From: a virus
Taxonomy: Duplodnaviria; Caudoviricetes
Direction: 5' to 3' (one strand)
DNA length: 29,710 nt
Virus record (IMG/VR): IMGVR_UViG_3300032266_001011
Location: 1 to 29,710 of that record
The notes under the pieces are model-generated. The model did not search any database. It saw only the letters and a list, made by a program, of their open reading frames with translations, and was not told the origin of the DNA. A program made the translations under genes and the position numbers. Of this stretch, positions 17,875 through 25,955 are shown in pieces (the first letter of the stretch is position 1; each line of letters begins with the position of its first letter).

Positions 17875-18903
17875 ATGAGTGCTATTCGTATCCTGCGCGG
17901 TGAATATCGCGGCAAAACTGTAAAAAACCAAAGCTTCGCTCTAGTAAGCGGCTTCCAAACGGGCGCCAAGGGCGGCTATGTGACTGTGCAAAACAACGGC
18001 ACATTCCCCAACTGCCCTGCCACTGTTCGCATCCGCGTTGATGCTATCTCTGACTACGAGATGATCTCCGGCGACACTGTTGAACAGAACACACCTGCTC
18101 CAACCGCAACTGCCAAGATCGCAGAGACTGAAGAGCAAGCAATGACTCGTATCCGCGAGCGTTTTGAAATCCTTACAGAAATGTCAAAAGCCTGCATTGG
18201 TGGTGACATCCGTGCAATGATCGTATCGGGCCCTCCAGGTGTGGGCAAGAGCTACGGCGTGGAACAAGAGATTGAAAAAGCCACGCTGTTTGACAAGATC
18301 GCAGGCAAGCGACTGCGAGCAGAAGTTGTGAAAGGTAGTGCTACTCCTATTGGCCTGTATCAGACTCTGTACAAATACTCGGACCCAAATTGTGTGTTGG
18401 TGTTTGATGACTGTGACTCAATCCTGCTAGACGATGTAGCACTGAACTTGCTGAAAGGTGCATTGGACTCGGGCAAGAAGCGCAAGATCTCCTGGTTGAG
18501 CGAATCTAGCACTCTGCGTCGTGAAGGCATCCCAGACAGTTTTGACTTCAAAGGCTCGGTGATCTTTATCACCAACTTGAAGTTTGACAAGATGAAATCG
18601 CAGAAACTGCGCGATCACTTGGACGCACTGCAAAGTCGTTGCCATTACCTGGACTTGACCTTGGACACCATGCGTGACAAGATCTTGCGTATCAAGCAGA
18701 TCGCCAAGGACGGTGTGTTGTTTGATGGCTACGACTTCGAGCCCGAAACGCAAGACAGCATCTTTGAGTTCATGGAAACCAACCAAGTTCGCCTGCGTGA
18801 GATGAGCCTGCGTATGGCGCTGAAGATCGCAGACCTGCGTAAGCTGAGCCCGGACAACTGGCGCCGTCTTGCAGAGACCACCTGCATGAAAGCAGCTGAC
18901 TAA
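17875..18903 (+). CDS. AAA+ / P-loop ATPase
   Basis: Walker A GPPGVGKS, Walker B VLVFDDCD, sensor FITN, Arg finger ALQSR. Confidence 0.9.
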   Translation: MSAIRILRGEYRGKTVKNQSFALVSGFQTGAKGGYVTVQNNGTFPNCPATVRIRVDAISDYEMISGDTVEQNTPAPTATAKIAETEEQAMTRIRERFEILTEMSKACIGGDIRAMIVSGPPGVGKSYGVEQEIEKATLFDKIAGKRLRAEVVKGSATPIGLYQTLYKYSDPNCVLVFDDCDSILLDDVALNLLKGALDSGKKRKISWLSESSTLRREGIPDSFDFKGSVIFITNLKFDKMKSQKLRDHLDALQSRCHYLDLTLDTMRDKILRIKQIAKDGVLFDGYDFEPETQDSIFEFMETNQVRLREMSLRMALKIADLRKLSPDNWRRLAETTCMKAAD

Positions 18904-18904
18904 T

Positions 18905-19045
18905 ATGACCATCACCATTCTGTGGATGCTGCTGAATGGGTGGTTTGCCAAAGTGAGTTTTGAGCAAGACGCACCCATATCAGGATGGATCTGTTTGTTC
19001 ATCAGTGCCTGGTATCTGAGTCGAGTGATGACTGCAATTTTTTAA
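18905..19045 (+). CDS. Small putative membrane protein (46 aa)
   Basis: MTITILWMLLNGWFAKVSFEQDAPISGWICLFISAWYLSRVMTAIF: two hydrophobic segments, 1 nt after the ATPase stop; not in the ORF track. Confidence 0.55.
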   Translation: MTITILWMLLNGWFAKVSFEQDAPISGWICLFISAWYLSRVMTAIF

Positions 19046-19054
19046 GGAATCGAT

Positions 19055-19165
19055 ATGTTTGAAATCTGGGATGGTGATTTGTTTTTGTACACTGTGGATA
19101 GCACATATGAGGCTGATGAAGCTGAGGAAACAGGATTCCGCGTAGTGCCAATCTCACAGGAATAG
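19055..19165 (+). CDS. Small acidic hypothetical protein (36 aa)
   Basis: MFEIWDGDLFLYTVDSTYEADEAEETGFRVVPISQE with AAGGA SD; not in the ORF track. Confidence 0.55.
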   Translation: MFEIWDGDLFLYTVDSTYEADEAEETGFRVVPISQE

Positions 19166-19230
19166 CAAGGTCATAGCGTAAAGCTAGGAAACAGAGTCGC
19201 AGTGAATTTCTAGCCCGGCGACTCTTTTAT

Positions 19231-19260
19231 GGCAGGTGTCTAAATGGCACCTGTCTTTTT
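19231..19260 (+). terminator. Rho-independent terminator
   Basis: GGCAGGTGTC-taaat-GGCACCTGTC-TTTTT, with two G-U pairs in the stem. Confidence 0.8.
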
Positions 19261-19277
19261 GACTATGATCTTGACCT

Positions 19278-19285
19278 TATAAATA
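19278..19285 (+). promoter_or_regulatory. T4 consensus late promoter
   Basis: Perfect TATAAATA, 4 nt before ATG 19290. Confidence 0.75.
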
Positions 19286-19289
19286 CAAG

Positions 19290-20084
19290 ATGAAGATGGT
19301 GTTTGATGTTGGTACTGTGGATATAGAGTTGTATCCAGGACCCGCCACCGATCTGATCGTGAGATGCTACAAACATTTGCAAAATGTGCCATTGCCCATA
19401 CGTGATTGGGACTACCCTTTCTACATTGATCAGGTCACGATTCGTGACACGACTATGCAACTGTATGAGTTTGCAAAACAATTGGGCATTGAAGTAGATA
19501 CGGAGCAGTGCCACCAGCAATGTTATCTGAACCACCTGCATGAGATATATGAAAAAAATTATGATGGAAAACCTCTTTGGCTTGACTTTCATGAACACAT
19601 TCATTTATGTGAAAGACTGCCCGGACCAAGATTGAACAAATATCTAAACATTGATTATAGAGAATTGTCAGGTCCATTGTCGTCAAAATTTGATGACAGC
19701 CTATTGTATCATTTAAAATTTGATATAAATCCCGGTGATGTGATGATCAAGTGGTCTGAGTTGGGGAAAACTCCCTATGATTACTGGTCGAACAAAGAAC
19801 CCAGTGACATAAATCGAATCTGTGAATTAGCTAAACCTTTTTTGATCTTTCGTCCCAAATTGTGTATACCAGTCCAATCAGTGAACGTTAGACAAAACAT
19901 CGACGCTGAGAATTTTAACAAATGGTGGCATCATTATGAACATGATTGGTGCAAGCATTGGAATATTAAATCTTGGAATCTGGACCACATGCTTGGCAAG
20001 ATAGTGATAGGTCGTGTGGTTGACTTTGATAAATTTTTAAAAATATTGCAATCTCACAGTGTGTTGCAAAAAGTAACGCTATGA
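19290..20084 (+). CDS. Hypothetical protein
   Basis: 264-aa AT-rich ORF with His-rich motifs (LNHLHE, FHEHIH) and W.ELGKT. Confidence 0.75.
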   Translation: MKMVFDVGTVDIELYPGPATDLIVRCYKHLQNVPLPIRDWDYPFYIDQVTIRDTTMQLYEFAKQLGIEVDTEQCHQQCYLNHLHEIYEKNYDGKPLWLDFHEHIHLCERLPGPRLNKYLNIDYRELSGPLSSKFDDSLLYHLKFDINPGDVMIKWSELGKTPYDYWSNKEPSDINRICELAKPFLIFRPKLCIPVQSVNVRQNIDAENFNKWWHHYEHDWCKHWNIKSWNLDHMLGKIVIGRVVDFDKFLKILQSHSVLQKVTL

Positions 20085-21241
20085 ATTTTGTTGTTGTTAT
20101 ACTTGCAGGTCCTGCACAACAACTGACAACCGCAACTGTTGAATTTGGGCGCTGGGGAACCAAAACCAATCAACCAACCATGGTGTGCAACACCTGGGAG
20201 CAAGGATTTAATGCTGCCAAACAAAAATTCAACCATGCACTGTTTGTGAAATCAGGAACCATATTCACTGACTGGGACCAATGGCAACAACTGTTGTCAA
20301 GTTACCCACACAAAGGTCTGATCGCACACATAATTTGGCACCCGTCGGGAACCCCAGATATCAATGACCAGTGTTGGTTTGTTGATCTGTCTAAATTCAG
20401 TGTGACTGACTTGACCAAGCCAGTGACCTTCATGGTGCCGCACAGAAGCCAAAAAAATTTGCACGATGATTACACCCCGTTATGGATCTCTCCCGGCACC
20501 ACCCGCAGTGAAATCACAACATCTGGACTGGGTGCTCATCTGATTTCACAGTCACTCAATCGTGGTGACGCAGTGGTTAATTGGAATAATTCAGCGAGAA
20601 ATATAAAAAAATTCATATACCAAGACGGTCAAGACTCTTGGCAATCATGGTTAAGTGACTATTTTGAACTTAGTGAACACCAGTTCTGGGTGTTAAACAA
20701 TGAAACAGTTTGTGTTCCTAAGGTAGCCAGTCTGCTGACTCCAGGCTCAGGCTTGTATTGGATAGTGGCGGCTATGCTCGGTGCAACAGATATACATGTT
20801 GTAGATATCAGTGCCACCCAGATTGCTTTTTGCAAGCATATTTGGCACCATTGGAATGGCAAAGACTATGGAGTCTTTGCCTGGGATTTTATACAAAACA
20901 ATCAGATTAGACATTATGAATTGGATCGTGCCAATCTGTCAGCAGCTGATAGATTAGCATATGACATCCAGACTAATTTTATTTCGCATGTTGACCAATC
21001 CGCAGTTGAGATTTTTAACAATCATGGTATTACAGATCCGGTGGGCCAATGGAATCTTGCCAAGACACAGTGTTCTGTGCAATTTTCTCAGGACAATATC
21101 ATTGAATATGCGATAGCAAATAATACATATCAATATATTTGGGATACCAATGTCACTGACTACAAATGGTCCAGATTGAAAACTTCGGTCACAGACATAG
21201 AAAAGTTTAAAAAGATTTGCGATGAAAAAAGAAATAACTGA
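20081..21241 (+). CDS. Hypothetical protein, possible degenerate GT-like plus SAM-binding-like fusion
   Basis: 386 aa, ATGA-coupled. C-terminal half has TPGSGLYW...IHVVDIS, reminiscent of methyltransferase motifs I/II. Confidence 0.6.
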   Translation: MNFVVVILAGPAQQLTTATVEFGRWGTKTNQPTMVCNTWEQGFNAAKQKFNHALFVKSGTIFTDWDQWQQLLSSYPHKGLIAHIIWHPSGTPDINDQCWFVDLSKFSVTDLTKPVTFMVPHRSQKNLHDDYTPLWISPGTTRSEITTSGLGAHLISQSLNRGDAVVNWNNSARNIKKFIYQDGQDSWQSWLSDYFELSEHQFWVLNNETVCVPKVASLLTPGSGLYWIVAAMLGATDIHVVDISATQIAFCKHIWHHWNGKDYGVFAWDFIQNNQIRHYELDRANLSAADRLAYDIQTNFISHVDQSAVEIFNNHGITDPVGQWNLAKTQCSVQFSQDNIIEYAIANNTYQYIWDTNVTDYKWSRLKTSVTDIEKFKKICDEKRNN

Positions 21242-21941
21242 AAAGTTCTATCAACGGTACAAGGATGTGTGCTGGGCACCAACAGACCTAAGGTCCGACG
21301 CTGATTATGACTGGATCGCTCACTCATCTCAACTGCCGTGGTTGAGACTGGATATCCATGTGCCGACAGAGAAGATACTGAACGAAATACAAAATATTAA
21401 ACATCTATGTGTGCCTCATCGAGACGATTATGCAGAAAATGCAGGTTGGGAAAGTTTCTGCATACATGGCAAATCCTATGATGCCACTCGTGAAGACAGT
21501 TATTACTGTGACAATCGACCTTTTGAATTTACAAAAGAAGCACTGGCCCTCATGCCCGATACTGTTGACTATTTTAAAAATGCCTGGCCGCACTTGAGCT
21601 ATAAACGAGTAAGGGTTATGCGATTAAAGCCCAATGGGTACATATCGGTACACAAAGACAGTACAATATCGCACTTGTCACCTATAAATATAGCAATAGA
21701 TCATCCGCCCAACTGTGGATTTGTCATGGGGAAATTTGGCACGGCGCCTTTTGTATCCGGCTGTGCATTGATCTTGGATGTGTCTAATTATCATACTGTG
21801 TTTAATCACAGTCAGCAAGATCGGTGGCATATCATTGTTCACCAAAATACCAATGATAAATTCAAAGACCTGGTTGTGAAAAGTTATAAAAATCTGTATA
21901 ATACCATGTATGAAAAGAGCAACCATAACCATACGCGATGA
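21222..21941 (+). CDS. 2OG-Fe(II) oxygenase, aspartyl/asparaginyl beta-hydroxylase-like
   Basis: RVRVMRLKPNGYISVHKD (HxD), distal HTVFN, R.HII. Confidence 0.75.
   Translation: MKKEITEKFYQRYKDVCWAPTDLRSDADYDWIAHSSQLPWLRLDIHVPTEKILNEIQNIKHLCVPHRDDYAENAGWESFCIHGKSYDATREDSYYCDNRPFEFTKEALALMPDTVDYFKNAWPHLSYKRVRVMRLKPNGYISVHKDSTISHLSPINIAIDHPPNCGFVMGKFGTAPFVSGCALILDVSNYHTVFNHSQQDRWHIIVHQNTNDKFKDLVVKSYKNLYNTMYEKSNHNHTR
21874..21902 (+). promoter_or_regulatory. sigma70-type promoter for uvsW, embedded in the upstream gene
   Basis: TTGTGA-17-TATAAT (extended TG), 7 nt before ATG 21910. Confidence 0.55.
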
Positions 21942-23370
21942 GGTGAACATCAAGATAGAAGGCCTGGATCTTGACACCCGCAGAGATCTTGTCAAGCGAT
22001 TCAAATACGATGTGCCCTATGCTCGCTATCTTCCGGCTGTGCGGCTGGGTCGGTGGGATGGCAAGGTGGCCTATTTCCAACTGGGGGGCAGCACTTATGT
22101 GAATCTCTTGCCTGACATAATCCCCATCCTAGAATCACAAAACTACGATATCGAACTGGACGATCAGCGTGAATACACCACTACCTTTGATTTTGTACAA
22201 GTTGTAGAGACCACATATCAGGATAGACTGTGGCCTCGAGGACACCCTGCAGAGGGACAACCTATCTTGCTGCGTGATTATCAAGTGGAGATCGTGAATA
22301 ACTTCTTGGCCAATCCACAGTGCTTGCAGGAAGTGGCCACAGGCGCAGGCAAGACCATCATGACAGCAGCACTCAGCGATGCTGTAAGCACATACGGTCG
22401 CAGTATCGTTATCGTGCCCAACAAAAGTCTTGTGACACAAACAGAAAAAGATTATATCAATATGGAATTGGATGTGGGTGTGTATTTTGGTGACAGAAAA
22501 GAATATGGTAGACACCACACCATTTGCACATGGCAGAGCTTGAATAATCTTTTAAAGAACACCAAGAACGGTGTGGGAGATTGTACCATACAGGAATTTC
22601 TCGAAGATGTTGTGTGCGTTATAGTAGACGAAGTGCATATGGCCAAAGCAGATGCGCTCAAAACTCTATTAACAGGCGTGATGGCGCAAGTGCCAATTCG
22701 TTGGGGACTCACAGGAACCATTCCAAAAGAGCTGTTTGAAAGCCAAAGCCTGCTGGTGAGCCTGGGTCCCGTGATATCTAGACTGGCTGCCAGTGAACTA
22801 CAGGATCGCGGTGTGCTGGCGCAGTGTCATGTGAATGTGGTGCAACTGGTGGACATTCGCGAACACAAGACCTATCAAGAAGAGTTAAAATACCTATTGG
22901 AAGAGCCCGGTAGGCTGGATGCCATTGCACAACTGGTACTGCAAGTGAATGAAACAGGCAATACCTTGGTGTTGGTGGATCGTGTGGCAGCAGGACAAGA
23001 ACTGGTGGCAAGACTGGGCGATCGTGCGGTGTTTGTGTCAGGTGCTACCAAGGCCAAGGCCCGCCAGGATGAATATGATGAAATTGCCACCAGCACGGAC
23101 AAGATCATCGTGGCCACATACGGTGTAGCAGCAGTGGGTATTAACATTCCGCGTATCTTTAACTTGGTAATGATCGAGCCCGGCAAGAGTTTTACACGGG
23201 TGATCCAATCAATCGGGCGTGGTATCCGCAAAGCAGAAGATAAAGATCATGTGCAGATATGGGATATCACAAGCACATGCAAATTCAGCAAACGACACTT
23301 GACCAAACGCAAGGTGTTCTACAATGAAGCTAACTATCCATACACTCAGGAGAAATTGAACTGGCAATAG
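21910..23370 (+). CDS. uvsW: UvsW-like SF2 DNA helicase
   Basis: WDGK, LRDYQ, ATGAGKT, DEVH, GLTGT, GINIP, QSIGRGIR. Confidence 0.92.
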   Translation: MKRATITIRDEVNIKIEGLDLDTRRDLVKRFKYDVPYARYLPAVRLGRWDGKVAYFQLGGSTYVNLLPDIIPILESQNYDIELDDQREYTTTFDFVQVVETTYQDRLWPRGHPAEGQPILLRDYQVEIVNNFLANPQCLQEVATGAGKTIMTAALSDAVSTYGRSIVIVPNKSLVTQTEKDYINMELDVGVYFGDRKEYGRHHTICTWQSLNNLLKNTKNGVGDCTIQEFLEDVVCVIVDEVHMAKADALKTLLTGVMAQVPIRWGLTGTIPKELFESQSLLVSLGPVISRLAASELQDRGVLAQCHVNVVQLVDIREHKTYQEELKYLLEEPGRLDAIAQLVLQVNETGNTLVLVDRVAAGQELVARLGDRAVFVSGATKAKARQDEYDEIATSTDKIIVATYGVAAVGINIPRIFNLVMIEPGKSFTRVIQSIGRGIRKAEDKDHVQIWDITSTCKFSKRHLTKRKVFYNEANYPYTQEKLNWQ

Positions 23371-23371
23371 G

Positions 23372-23400
23372 TTGCATTCTTGCCAACTATAATATACAAT
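23372..23400 (+). promoter_or_regulatory. sigma70-type promoter
   Basis: TTGCAT-17-TACAAT, 6 nt before ATG 23407. Confidence 0.6.
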
Positions 23401-23406
23401 AAACTC

Positions 23407-23907
23407 ATGCGTATCCTAACACTAGACAACCGACCCTACGATCTTGACCATTTGCCTGAAGAGGTGGATGACATGAGATTTGCCATATTAGATAATTCAG
23501 ACCCGGCCAACCCAGACTATCATTACATTCCTTTAATCTTTTTGGAAAGTTTCAATGCACCTGCACTGGTATTACAGATTGGTGATTTCAAGATCAAGAT
23601 GCCTGTAGACTGGCAGATCCTGATTGGTGAACCCGATGTGGGAGATCTAGAAATGCTGCCACTCACAAGTGTGAATGATCGTGGGTTCAAAGTATTCCAA
23701 TTCAATCCACTCAGCAGTTTCCGACCTAGCTTTCCATCTTTAGAGATAATCGACGTATATCAAGAAGTAGCTTGGTATGCACCCAAACTAAAGAATGGGC
23801 AGATGTTGTGTGTGCCAATCAATGATGCAGAGCAACCGGACTGTGTGTATTTCGTAAAAGACATCAGCAGAAACTGCGAGATAGTGGACTACAATCGAGC
23901 CTGGTAA
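23407..23907 (+). CDS. Hypothetical beta-rich protein
   Basis: Start reset to ATG 23407 (MRILTLDN) from the promoter position; 166 aa. Confidence 0.75.
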   Translation: MRILTLDNRPYDLDHLPEEVDDMRFAILDNSDPANPDYHYIPLIFLESFNAPALVLQIGDFKIKMPVDWQILIGEPDVGDLEMLPLTSVNDRGFKVFQFNPLSSFRPSFPSLEIIDVYQEVAWYAPKLKNGQMLCVPINDAEQPDCVYFVKDISRNCEIVDYNRAW

Positions 23908-24197
23908 TGGGACAGTTGAAGCCAGGTAGCACCTTGATATACGAGCGTGACGGTGACACCGTGTATCGTCGTGAGACCGGCGCGGCTCCCAGCACACGAG
24001 TGGAAGTGGGTCATGACTATGCTCAGCACAGAGATCTGCGTATCCAGGAGAACATGAAACAAAAGCATGACTCAATGATGGAAGACAAACTATGGGGAGA
24101 GATTCGTAAAGAGGCCCGCACCAATCCTGCTTTACAAGATATTCTGGACCATGCTATAATGGTGTATCATTTAACTCGAACTGACAAATCACCATGA
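23907..24197 (+). CDS. Hypothetical protein
   Basis: 96 aa, TAATG-coupled; C-terminal W.EI....TNPALQD.LD.A.M.Y.L motif. Confidence 0.8.
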   Translation: MGQLKPGSTLIYERDGDTVYRRETGAAPSTRVEVGHDYAQHRDLRIQENMKQKHDSMMEDKLWGEIRKEARTNPALQDILDHAIMVYHLTRTDKSP

Positions 24198-24487
24198 AAA
24201 AGACTGTTAAACTCGCACCTGCTGACCCGTATACAGAAAAGTGGACTGACCTGTGGCTTACCAAGGAGTATGAACCAGATGCCTGGGAACGCATCAAATG
24301 GGACAAATTGTGGGAAACGGAAGAATATAAAGAAGAAAAGGGTGAGCCTTACTTTGAACTTGCCGGCGATGAATACCGACTATTCGAAGAATGGCGAGAC
24401 ATAACAGCAGCCGCTGAAACCAATGTGGCTTTGAAAGACCTGCTGGATCAAGCAAAAATGATCTATAGATTGACCAAGATCAAATGA
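24194..24487 (+). CDS. Hypothetical protein sharing its C-terminal motif with the upstream gene
   Basis: 97 aa, ATGA-coupled; WRDITAAAETNVALKDLLDQAKMIYRL. Confidence 0.75.
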   Translation: MKKTVKLAPADPYTEKWTDLWLTKEYEPDAWERIKWDKLWETEEYKEEKGEPYFELAGDEYRLFEEWRDITAAAETNVALKDLLDQAKMIYRLTKIK

Positions 24488-24927
24488 GCGACAAACTGAA
24501 TATTTCGAACGAGATGCGTCAACTGGACGCAAAGAACCGTGACTTCTATGATGAACTCACGCCGGAAGAACGCAAGAAGTTCTCAACCTTCCTCATGGTG
24601 CGTTGGGGATCTGCTGTGGATGGCAGCCAAGAGATCCAGGAATACTATGTGCAGAGTGTGAATCATTATCTAAACAAGCACTTCTTTACCATGCATCGAC
24701 ATCCCAAACTGCAATGGCTCATGGCCACAGCAGCCAGTCCGGGCATGGGTGCAATACGGCACAACTGGATCGCACCCAAGAAGAAAGAAGCCGGTGCAAG
24801 TGCAATAAAGAAACAACTGCGAGAATTGTATCCACATTTCAAAGATGATGAGATCGATCTCATGGCCGCGCTCACTGACAAAAAAGAACTAGCTCAACTG
24901 CAACGGGCTCATGGCAACGACAAGTAA
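24484..24927 (+). CDS. Putative clamp-loader small subunit (T4 gp62-like)
   Basis: 147 aa; KFSTFLMVRW.S, N..LN, LQW and WI.PKKK patterns resemble phage clamp loader A subunits; replication context. Confidence 0.55.
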   Translation: MSDKLNISNEMRQLDAKNRDFYDELTPEERKKFSTFLMVRWGSAVDGSQEIQEYYVQSVNHYLNKHFFTMHRHPKLQWLMATAASPGMGAIRHNWIAPKKKEAGASAIKKQLRELYPHFKDDEIDLMAALTDKKELAQLQRAHGNDK

Positions 24928-25597
24928 CTTCACATGTAGATATTGCGAACGATCATTCAGCCGAGAAACCACGCTGAGTGTGCATGTTTGCGAACAGAAG
25001 AAACGCTGGCAAGAGCAAAGTGAACGCGGTGTACAGTTGGGTCTGCAAGGCTATCTAAAGTTCTACGAATACACACAAGGATCAGCAAAGTTAAAAGGAT
25101 GGGATGACTTTGTGATATCCCCATACTATCGTGCGTTTGTGAAGTGGGGTAGGTATTGTGTGGATGTGAGAGTAATCCAGCCAGAACGATTCCTTGAATG
25201 GTTGCTGAAAGGTAATCGAAAGATTGACAACTGGTGCAGTGATAAGCTATACACAGAGTATCTCGTGACCCATGTGCAGAAAGAAACTGTGAACGATGCT
25301 CTGGCCAGAGCCATTGAATACAGCATTGATTGGAGTGAGCGGACTGATTCTCCTTCACATGATTGTTTGAGATATGGCAGCGCCAATGCCACATGCTATG
25401 CTGTCACAACAGGCAGGATTAGTGCTTGGGTGATCTACAATTCGGAATCTGGGCAGAAGTTCCTATCAGATCTCAATGCAGAGCAAGTGGCAATGATATG
25501 GCCTTACATTGATTCAGATATATGGCAGAAGAAGTTTGCGGATTATCCTGCTGATCAGGAATACGCACGAGAGATTTTAACACAAGCAGGATGGTGA
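24911..25597 (+). CDS. Zinc-finger (CxxC-x12-HxC) protein
   Basis: FTCRYCERSFSRETTLSVHVC at the N-terminus, followed by a helical domain. Confidence 0.75.
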   Translation: MATTSNFTCRYCERSFSRETTLSVHVCEQKKRWQEQSERGVQLGLQGYLKFYEYTQGSAKLKGWDDFVISPYYRAFVKWGRYCVDVRVIQPERFLEWLLKGNRKIDNWCSDKLYTEYLVTHVQKETVNDALARAIEYSIDWSERTDSPSHDCLRYGSANATCYAVTTGRISAWVIYNSESGQKFLSDLNAEQVAMIWPYIDSDIWQKKFADYPADQEYAREILTQAGW

Positions 25598-25598
25598 A

Positions 25599-25955
25599 AT
25601 GATCAAACATGTATACACTAATGGACCATATATAACCACAACAAACAACCCGGCCACCAACTACATGAACAACTACAGCGGTGCTCAAGGGCTGGGTAAC
25701 ATGCGATTCAACACAAGCACTCAGAGCGTGGAAGTGTATGATGGAATGATGTGGAGACCAATGGAGATGAGCACTGCAAATGTGAGTCTCACATCAGATG
25801 CTGTGGCAGCCATTGCTTGGGCCAATCAACAGCGCCATGAAGAAATGAAAATAAAAGAATTGGCTGAACGGCATCCTGCTGTGGCTGATCAGTTGGCAGC
25901 GGTGCGCGAAGCCGAAGAAAAACTGCGAATGGTCACACTCCTGGTCCAGTCATGA
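25599..25955 (+). CDS. Hypothetical protein
   Basis: 118 aa; GNMRFN......EVYDG..W motif and a C-terminal coiled coil. Confidence 0.75.
   Translation: MIKHVYTNGPYITTTNNPATNYMNNYSGAQGLGNMRFNTSTQSVEVYDGMMWRPMEMSTANVSLTSDAVAAIAWANQQRHEEMKIKELAERHPAVADQLAAVREAEEKLRMVTLLVQS

Noticed and set aside
18427-19002. 191-aa antisense ORF and similar antisense ORFs over gp32, gmd and uvsW
   Set aside because: They lie largely or wholly opposite well-supported genes, have no motifs, and are expected from codon bias.
21683-21690. Perfect TATAAATA inside the hydroxylase gene
   Set aside because: It could be a late promoter for uvsW, but it lies in AT-rich coding sequence 220 nt from the start and cannot be told from chance.
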